Source of the DNA: Elainellaceae cyanobacterium
Lineage (GTDB): Bacteria; Cyanobacteriota; Cyanobacteriia; CAZCXK01
Length of the DNA: 14,521 nucleotides
Assembly (NCBI GenBank): GCA_051117555.1
Contig: JBNPEG010000159.1
Coordinates: forward strand, 1 to 14,521
Reading direction: 5' to 3'
Positions 8,570-14,521 of the stretch are shown here, piece by piece. Position numbers and translations under genes: made by a program. The number at the start of each line of letters is the position of its first letter. The stretch's first letter is position 1. The notes under the pieces are model-generated. The model searched no databases. It saw only the letters and a list, made by a program, of their open reading frames with translations, and had not been told where the DNA came from.

Positions 8570-9604
8570 TTATATAAGGGTCGATGGCTCTTGTTCTGTG
8601 TTAGGGTCTTCAAATTGCTGAACCGATTCGATGAGCGATCGCACCTCCCGCGTGCCCTCAGATGACTCAAACGTCCATGGAAATTTGCCTCGTGCCAACA
8701 TGCGTAACCCCAAAGCTCCAAGGCTTGCTACGCCTCGCAGGTCTCGAAACGAATTGCCGACAACCTTTAGACCAAACCGACGCTCATCAATCCAACCGCC
8801 TTGCTTAACTAAATCAATTAAGACTTTACGGTGACGAATTGAACGGCTCGTCTCAGCGCCTTTTCGACTCAAGATTTCCTGTTTAATTTCACCGATCTGA
8901 TCCATCGGCGCGACGTCCATGGGGCAAACGGAGTTGCAATAATAGCAGCGGGTGCATCCCCAGACTCCCTGAGTTCCCTGGTTATAATTTTCTAACCGTT
9001 GCTCAGTCTGAGCATCGCGTGAGTCGACCACCATTCGATTTGCTTTTGCGAGTGCGTGAGGCCCTACGAAATCTGGATTGACTTCGCGGGCGTTGCACTC
9101 TGAATAACACGCCCCACATAAAATACAGTTGCCGCTCTGATTTAATCGCTCACGTTCTTCTGGCAATTGCAGATGCTCTTTGTCTAAGTGCTGGCGTGAC
9201 GAGGTGCTCACATACGGATCAACAGCTTCAAGATTATCCCAAAAGCTCCTCATATCAACAACCAAATCTTTGATAACGGGCATATTACCCATCGGCGCGA
9301 TTTTAATGGTCGGAACTGGCGCCTGCTCATCAGGATACAGATTTGCTAGGTGGTCAAGACGGGCTAATTCATGCCCCACATTTTCTTTACATGCCAGTGC
9401 TGAACGGCCATTGATTTTCATACCGCAGCTTCCACAAATGGTGTTGCGACAATTTTTACGAAATGCAAGGCTGCCATCCTGATGCCATTTGATTTGATTT
9501 AAGCAGTCTAGCACCGTATATCCTGGCTCCACGTCTACGGTATAGGTCTGCATTTGAGGCGCGTCATGGACGGATTGTCGAGTAATCTCAAATTGAACTT
9601 TCAT
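8570..9604 (-). CDS. sdhB: Succinate dehydrogenase/fumarate reductase iron-sulfur subunit
   Basis: FRKNCRNTICGSCGM...LAC (2Fe-2S), CILCGACYSEC, CTRCYYCNSVCP; 344 aa with a C-terminal extension. Confidence 0.95.
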   Translation of the reverse strand: MKVQFEITRQSVHDAPQMQTYTVDVEPGYTVLDCLNQIKWHQDGSLAFRKNCRNTICGSCGMKINGRSALACKENVGHELARLDHLANLYPDEQAPVPTIKIAPMGNMPVIKDLVVDMRSFWDNLEAVDPYVSTSSRQHLDKEHLQLPEERERLNQSGNCILCGACYSECNAREVNPDFVGPHALAKANRMVVDSRDAQTEQRLENYNQGTQGVWGCTRCYYCNSVCPMDVAPMDQIGEIKQEILSRKGAETSRSIRHRKVLIDLVKQGGWIDERRFGLKVVGNSFRDLRGVASLGALGLRMLARGKFPWTFESSEGTREVRSLIESVQQFEDPNTEQEPSTLI

Positions 9605-10273
9605 AAGTAAGGTATGCTGCGCTGAAACAGGATGCTCAAAGTATTGACTGACAGGCTACGGAGTTTAACCCGACTTAATTAATAGCTGAATCCGAAGATG
9701 TTTAAACACTATCTAGCCAACATCTGGCTGTTAGCAGTGCGCTGTGACTTATTAACAAGGAAGCTGCCCCAAACAAATCATAGGCCAACTTTGTCTTTAC
9801 CTGCGCCAGCGAACCTATAAATAGGCTAAAAGCAGAGGTTTGCTCCGGATTGACTGACAAATTGCTTTGTAGCAACGCTTGCTCTTCGCGAAGCCCCTAT
9901 GCGTCTAAACGGCCTGCGTTTAGGGTTTTGTTAGTCAACTAGGGTTGTTTATACAGCACGTGCGTTACATTCAGCATCTCTCTCAAAAGAACGTTAGTCA
10001 CAAATGTGACACTATTTATTCTCTAAAGATTCTCCTCAATATTGTAGATCTGTTTCGATTAGCTAATATTCAAAATCTGAAAACAGGATATTTACTTTCA
10101 GCCACCCGCATTGATTTATAAAGCAGATTTTCTAACCTACGATAGAAATGATGCAGATTTTGTAATACGGGCTAAATCTTGACCCAAGCAACATTTTGTC
10201 TAGCCTAATAACGTCAATACCCCGCTATAGCCTGAGGTTCTGTATTTTGTAACAAGGGCATACGTCATTTCTA

Positions 10274-10366
10274 TTTCTGATATGAGTTTCTGATATGAGT
10301 TTTTGATCATAAGTATATAAATTGCGATTGTCTCATGTATATCAGCACAAACATATCAGTACAAAC
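10274..10366. promoter_or_regulatory. Two direct-repeat pairs sharing a CTGATAT core in opposite orientations (operator candidate)
   Basis: TTTCTGATATGAG x2 (10274-10299) and ATATCAG(C/T)ACAAAC x2 (10339-10366). ATATCAG is the reverse complement of CTGATAT. Confidence 0.45.
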
Positions 10367-10694
10367 GCAAGAAATATTTAGCAGTATGAGCAAAGCCGGA
10401 CATTATTGTTAACGGCCTGACATATAGACCAACTTTATATAAATTCTTCGGACAATTCGGAACATTGCTACTCAAATGCTTTCCCCGTCGGATTTTGCAT
10501 GATCGATAGAGAGAGATAGATAATAAACCTTACGTGTAAAGTCAACCGAGAAATACAATTATTTTTAGTTAGCCTTCTCTGTAAATTAATAAATAGAGGA
10601 TCACATTGGTGAGATTTAGAGCTATATTTTTATATATTAAAGATCAGTAGCTCTTTGTCTGCTATTTTAGGAATAACGAGAAATTTTTAGGGCA

Positions 10695-11102
10695 ATGACG
10701 GAAGCTCCAACAAACCCACTTACTGGAAAAGCTCTGCTTCAAAAAGTGAAAGAACTCTCACATCTGCCTAGACGAGAAAAAGCTAGGTTGTGTGGCTATT
10801 ACACGGTAGGAAAAAATAATCAGACTCGTGTTAACTTAGCAGACTTTTTTGAAGCGCTCCTTGCAGCGAAGGGCATGCCTTTGGGTGCAGAAAGTGCTAA
10901 GGATGGGCGTGGTCGTGAGCCAACCTATCGAGTTAGCGTTCATAAAAATGGACAAATTGTAATCGGTGCGACTTATACGGAAAAAATGGGGCTGAAGCCC
11001 GGTGATGAATTTGAAATCAAGCTTGGTTATAAACATATTCATCTCATTCAAATAGATAGCGATGTGAATGGTGAAGTGATAGACGATGATGAAGAAGATT
11101 GA
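10695..11102 (+). CDS. calA: Cyanobacterial AbrB-like transcription regulator (cyAbrB; likely the CalA/Sll0359-type clade)
   Basis: LTGKALLQKVKELSHLPRRE..CGYY and GRGREPTYRVSVHKNGQIVIGATYT..GLKPGDEFEIKLGYKHIHL, acidic tail. The clade call rests on recalled sequence and on the downstream CPBP gene. Confidence 0.88.
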   Translation: MTEAPTNPLTGKALLQKVKELSHLPRREKARLCGYYTVGKNNQTRVNLADFFEALLAAKGMPLGAESAKDGRGREPTYRVSVHKNGQIVIGATYTEKMGLKPGDEFEIKLGYKHIHLIQIDSDVNGEVIDDDEED

Positions 11103-11257
11103 TGAGAGTGAATCTTAGAGTCTTTCGTCTTCTGTCCTAAATCTAATGATTGATAGTGAATACAGCCAGGTATGTTTTCCGACTTCTTGCTTCGAAGAAT
11201 TGAGCGATCGCCCGATTTTGACTACTCCTGAGAAATGCGTCTCAGATTTTCCAGAAG

Positions 11258-12130
11258 TTGAAATTAGACTATCTATCGAGATTTAGCAATAGTTTAGATG
11301 CTCACGCTCTGTTGAGTGTATGTCTCTTTTTATTGGTATGGATTGGAGCATGGTTGCCGCTAGCAATTCCATTAGCGATCGCCCTTAAATGGCGCCCATT
11401 CACACGTGCTGAATCGCATCAAAAATTGCCGCTTCTGGCGAGCTTGTATTTGATTGCTCCTGTCGTCATTATGGGGCTGAATAGGCTGCTTGGAACGTCT
11501 TTCGCTGATTATGGATTAATGGGAGGGCGATCGCTATTTAATTCAGTTGGGATCGGTTGGATTGTGGGTCTTCTAGGATTAATACTCATGAATGGAGTTC
11601 AGCTCGGATTGGGCTGGATTCAGGTCAGTGATTCGCCTACCAACACCGATCACGCTCCTCAAACCAACCTACGCAACGTCGTTGCATTTGCAACCACAAA
11701 GATCGTTCCTGTGGCGATATTAAGTCTTGGAATTGGGTTTGTAGAAGAGTTAATATTTCGTGGCTTCATGGAGACTCAGCTTGAAATGAGGTATGCGCCC
11801 TGGCTATCCGCTGCGATCGTCAGCCTCATATTTGCCAGCTTACATTTAGTCTGGGAAGTTAATAAAACGCGGCCACAACTGCCTGGCCTTTGGCTGATGG
11901 GAATGGTGTTAGTGCTAGCTCGATGGATGGATGAGGGATCGCTTGGCGTTGCATGGGGGCTTCATGCCGCGTGGATTTTTGGAATTTCAATCTTAGATAT
12001 GACCCAGCGATTTAGCCTCACTCAGCGAGTTCCGGCATGGATTACAGGTTTGAAGGGAGAACCGTTAGCGGGTGTAGTTGGGATAGTGTTCTTAAGCTTG
12101 ACCGGGCTAGTGCTCTGGGGGTTTTGTTAG
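11258..12130 (+). CDS. CPBP/Abi (CAAX protease-like) intramembrane glutamic endopeptidase
   Basis: EELIFRG, FASLH and GLHAAW motifs with multiple TM helices. The TTG start is uncertain. Confidence 0.9.
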   Translation: MKLDYLSRFSNSLDAHALLSVCLFLLVWIGAWLPLAIPLAIALKWRPFTRAESHQKLPLLASLYLIAPVVIMGLNRLLGTSFADYGLMGGRSLFNSVGIGWIVGLLGLILMNGVQLGLGWIQVSDSPTNTDHAPQTNLRNVVAFATTKIVPVAILSLGIGFVEELIFRGFMETQLEMRYAPWLSAAIVSLIFASLHLVWEVNKTRPQLPGLWLMGMVLVLARWMDEGSLGVAWGLHAAWIFGISILDMTQRFSLTQRVPAWITGLKGEPLAGVVGIVFLSLTGLVLWGFC

Positions 12131-13396
12131 CGTCATGAATGTAACGGGATTAAGAGGCGTCCATCGGGTGAGTGAGCCTACGGGGATCGACCGGGAAAGC
12201 TGGGCTTGAAGAAAACGATGCTCCCAACCTTGACGGTCTAGCGCTTCTGTTTTGATCCAATCTAGGCTCTCGCTCAAACTTTCCAACGTGGCAAGCGCGA
12301 CGACGAGAATGCCACCGTGTGCTAATCGCGACTGGCAGATTTGGAGGATTGATGTTAGTTTGCCACTGCTTCCTCCAACAAAGATCCGATCGGGATTGGG
12401 AAGATCACGCAAAATATCTGGAGCAAGCCCGTGAACGGAAATAAGATTTTTAGTTTGAAATCGCTGTATATTCTGTTGAATTAAAGTTATTCCAGCGGAT
12501 GTTTTTTCAACAGCATAAATCTCTGAATCAGCACATAATCGAGCAATTTCAATAGAGACTGATCCAGTGCCTGCTCCGATATCCCAAACAACTTGTGGAT
12601 TTTTTAGCGCCAATTCTCCTAATGCTAAAACGCGAACTTCTCGCTTAGTCATTAAGCCTGGGCGATCGCCAAAGCTGTTAAATGATGAATCAGGCAACCC
12701 AAGTTGAGGGAGCATGCTAGACGCTTGAAACGTCTGGTCTGAATGCGAAGTACATAGAAGAATCACGATATTTAGAGGTGAAAACGTTTGATCTAACATC
12801 TCATGAGCCGTAAAATTTTGAACAGTTTCAAGTTCTCCTTCCAGGTTTTCGCAGACCCAAATAGTATAGGAGTTGGGCAATTCTAATCCCACTATTAAAC
12901 GCGCGATCGCACTAGGCGTGTTTGTAAAGTCAGTGAGAACGGCAATCTTATCGACCCCACGCTGAAGCAGATGAATGAGTGGTTCTAAGGACCGGCCATG
13001 GGCACTCATGATCTGAGCATCTTGCCAAGGAACTTTGATACGGCTGAACGCAAGTTGAATAGAACTGACGTGAGGATGAAATGTCAGGCATTCAAGAGGA
13101 AATTCAGCAATTAGAAGTCGTCCGATACCAAAAAAAAGCGGGTCACCCGATGCCAAAATGACAATGCTTGGAAAATCTACCGTAGCGGAATGACTCGATA
13201 GATGCTGACGGATTGTTTGAATAGTGTGCTGAAAATCGTTAAGAATTAATGTTTCGGCGGGATGATTGGGGAAATACTGGAGATGGCGATCGCTACCAAT
13301 TAACAGCTTTGCCTGTTCAACAATCTGATAAACATCCTGGCTCAACCCGGCTGCGCCATCTAAGCCAATTCCCACGACATGAATCGGGGTTGTCAT
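12107..13396 (-). CDS. cbiET: Bifunctional precorrin-6Y/cobalt-precorrin-7 methyltransferase CbiE/CbiT (CobL-type)
   Basis: IHVVGIGLDG, ILASGDPLFFGIG, SAHGR in the CbiE part; MTKREVR, VWDIGAGTGSVSIE, PDRIFVGGS in the CbiT part. Confidence 0.95.
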   Translation of the reverse strand: MTTPIHVVGIGLDGAAGLSQDVYQIVEQAKLLIGSDRHLQYFPNHPAETLILNDFQHTIQTIRQHLSSHSATVDFPSIVILASGDPLFFGIGRLLIAEFPLECLTFHPHVSSIQLAFSRIKVPWQDAQIMSAHGRSLEPLIHLLQRGVDKIAVLTDFTNTPSAIARLIVGLELPNSYTIWVCENLEGELETVQNFTAHEMLDQTFSPLNIVILLCTSHSDQTFQASSMLPQLGLPDSSFNSFGDRPGLMTKREVRVLALGELALKNPQVVWDIGAGTGSVSIEIARLCADSEIYAVEKTSAGITLIQQNIQRFQTKNLISVHGLAPDILRDLPNPDRIFVGGSSGKLTSILQICQSRLAHGGILVVALATLESLSESLDWIKTEALDRQGWEHRFLQAQLSRSIPVGSLTRWTPLNPVTFMTLTKPPEH

Positions 13397-13412
13397 TCAC
13401 CCATGACTCCTC

Positions 13413-14027
13413 TCAAGGTAGACAATCCCAGGCTAAAACAAGTAGCGCATTTAGGATCGCAGCAGCCACCGGCGATCCGCCTTTTCGGCCATCGACTCGA
13501 ATTTGAGGAATAGAATGTTGAGCAAGCGCTGCCTTGGATTCGAGTACCGAAATAAATCCAACCGGAGCACCAATGACCAGGGCAGGTTTAATCGGCGAAT
13601 ATTGAAGGCGATCGCATAGAGATAGCAACGCTGTCGGTGCATTTCCAATGACAAAGATCGCATCAGGATGGTTTTCCCAGACGTGCAGCATGCCTGTTTC
13701 GGTACGGGTTTTACCCGGGAGCGCCGTCTGGACACTTTCAACGGCGCGAATAATTGGGTTATTAAATGTTTTCGAGACAAGTGTTTGAATACCCTGACTT
13801 ACCATGCTGACATCAGTCACGATAGGAATCTGCTGTTGTAGGGCCTGGATGCCGCTTTGAATGGCGTTTGGGCTAAAGCGAATTAATGACTTAAATTCGA
13901 AGTCTGCGGTGCTGTGAATAACCCGCCTGACAATCGCATATTCAGACGAGTTAAAAGAATGATCCCCAATTTCGTGGTCAATGACTGCAAAGCTTTTTTC
14001 TAGGATGGGATGCTGAAACAATGCCAT
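13413..14027 (-). CDS. cobH: Precorrin-8X methylmutase
   Basis: HPILEKSFAVID, RRVIHSTADF, IGNAPTAL, GAPVGF, GRKGGSPVAAAILNAL. The start is placed at ATG 14027 (MALFQHP); the longer ORF from 14120 runs through a MITE-like insertion. Confidence 0.95.
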   Translation of the reverse strand: MALFQHPILEKSFAVIDHEIGDHSFNSSEYAIVRRVIHSTADFEFKSLIRFSPNAIQSGIQALQQQIPIVTDVSMVSQGIQTLVSKTFNNPIIRAVESVQTALPGKTRTETGMLHVWENHPDAIFVIGNAPTALLSLCDRLQYSPIKPALVIGAPVGFISVLESKAALAQHSIPQIRVDGRKGGSPVAAAILNALLVLAWDCLP

Positions 14028-14042
14028 TGTCAGAAATATGTC

Positions 14043-14134
14043 TATAGCGATCCTAAATCGCTTGTGAATTGTGTGTGAGCGGTGGGGCGGGCGTCGCCCG
14101 CCCCACCGCTCAAAACCCATCTGGGATTGCTATA
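14043..14134. mobile_element. MITE-like element with 16-bp imperfect terminal inverted repeats and an internal GC-rich hairpin
   Basis: TATAGCGATCCTAAAT (14043-14058) and ATCTGGGATTGCTATA (14119-14134) are 13/16 inverted matches ending in TA. Internal perfect 18-bp inverted repeat TGAGCGGTGGGGCGGGCG-T-CGCCCGCCCCACCGCTCA (14076-14112). Confidence 0.75.
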
Positions 14135-14253
14135 TATTCAATATAAATGGAAAGCCACGATAAAAAACTATGCGATCGCCCGCTACAGGTTGCTTAACGG
14201 TTTTTCCTATCGGAACCCTAATAAAATCCTATCGGACTTAACAGAGTTAATTG

Positions 14254-14466
14254 TAAGTAGGTGGGCGGAATCAAATGTAGGATGGGTATAGCCCTTCGGG
14301 CATGGCTTCGCTAAAGCGATAGCGTAACCCATGCGGGCGTTGGGTTATTGCCTTCGGCAAAGCTGCGCCTTTCTTGAATGCCCCTTGGGCTATACGTGCC
14401 TCAACCCAACCTTGTATATAAGCGGTACGCCCCTCGGATTTATCCTAAAAGCATATCGCTGAGGGG
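14254..14466. repeat. Cluster of nested REP-like palindromes and small dispersed repeats
   Basis: GTAGGATGGGT...AACCCAT and GTTGGGTT...AACCCAACCT palindromic units, each interrupted by small hairpins (GCCC-TTC-GGGC, TTGCC-TTC-GGCAA, GCCC-CTT-GGGC), plus an interrupted CCCCTCGGAT/ATCC..GAGGGG palindrome. Confidence 0.65.
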
Positions 14467-14521
14467 AGGACTCCGAACCCAACCTCAAGCCTCCAAGCTT
14501 GCTGTGTAGATTTCATAGAGC

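Larger units (their letters stand above)
697..14179. repeat. HIP1 octamers (GCGATCGC), dispersed
   Basis: Counted by eye at 697, 1083, 3583, 5835, 6217, 6646, 8227, 8635, 11204, 11375, 11527, 12662, 12903, 13286, 13608 and 14172 (16 copies). This over-representation is typical of cyanobacteria. Confidence 0.92.

Noticed and set aside
9850..9938. tRNA-like cloverleaf
   Set aside because: No TTC-containing T-loop in the right position, no 7-nt anticodon loop and no CCA end. Kept only as a generic structured-RNA candidate.
9997..10010. CRP/SyCRP1-like site GTCACAAATGTGAC
   Set aside because: The half-sites are in the reverse order and spacing relative to TGTGA-N6-TCACA.
10249..10263. NtcA-like site GTA-ACAAGGGCA-TAC
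   Set aside because: The spacer is 9 nt, whereas the NtcA consensus is GTA-N8-TAC.
13130..13137. A8 homopolymer in cbiET as a possible phase-variation tract
   Set aside because: It encodes the conserved PLFFG motif and the frame is intact.
13449..13460. ATTTAGGATCGC inside cobH, matching the MITE terminal repeat
   Set aside because: It encodes the conserved AILN segment of CobH and lacks the terminal TATA; likely coincidence.
367..13780. Many short ORFs overlapping or antisense to purE, ho1, accC, yggT, ycf66, the protease, sdhB, cyAbrB, cbiET and cobH
   Set aside because: Shadow frames of well-supported genes, with no recognisable motifs.
14028..14120. 31-aa N-terminal extension of CobH in the ORF track
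   Set aside because: It translates the MITE-like hairpin (WGGRRPPHR). Family-like sequence begins at ATG 14027.
14082..14291. 69-aa plus-strand ORF
   Set aside because: Starts inside one repeat element and ends in another; no protein features.
1..14521. CRISPR array, prophage or defence operon
   Set aside because: No regularly spaced repeat-spacer units and no cas, phage or defence genes. The CPBP/Abi name does not imply abortive infection here.

Overview
Cyanobacterial chromosomal window (at least 16 HIP1 octamers GCGATCGC, photosynthesis genes) made up almost entirely of core genes: purE(-), chlM(+), ho1(+), accC(+), yggT(-), psbX(+, too short for the ORF track), ycf66(+), a trypsin-like serine protease with two PPC-type repeats(+), a high-light-inducible protein(-), sdhB(-), a cyAbrB regulator(+), a CPBP/Abi protease(+), cbiE/cbiT(-) and cobH(-). 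The left edge holds the 5' part of an IS701-like transposase. The right edge is a pile-up of small mobile or repeat DNA: a 92-bp MITE-like element just upstream of cobH and nested REP-like palindromes. I found no convincing novel multi-gene system. The best leads are non-coding: a candidate structured 5' leader of accC, a multi-branched fold and a symmetric repeat array in the 1.1-kb sdhB/cyAbrB divergent region, and the nested palindromic elements at the right end. Family assignments are from motif recognition only; no searches were run.
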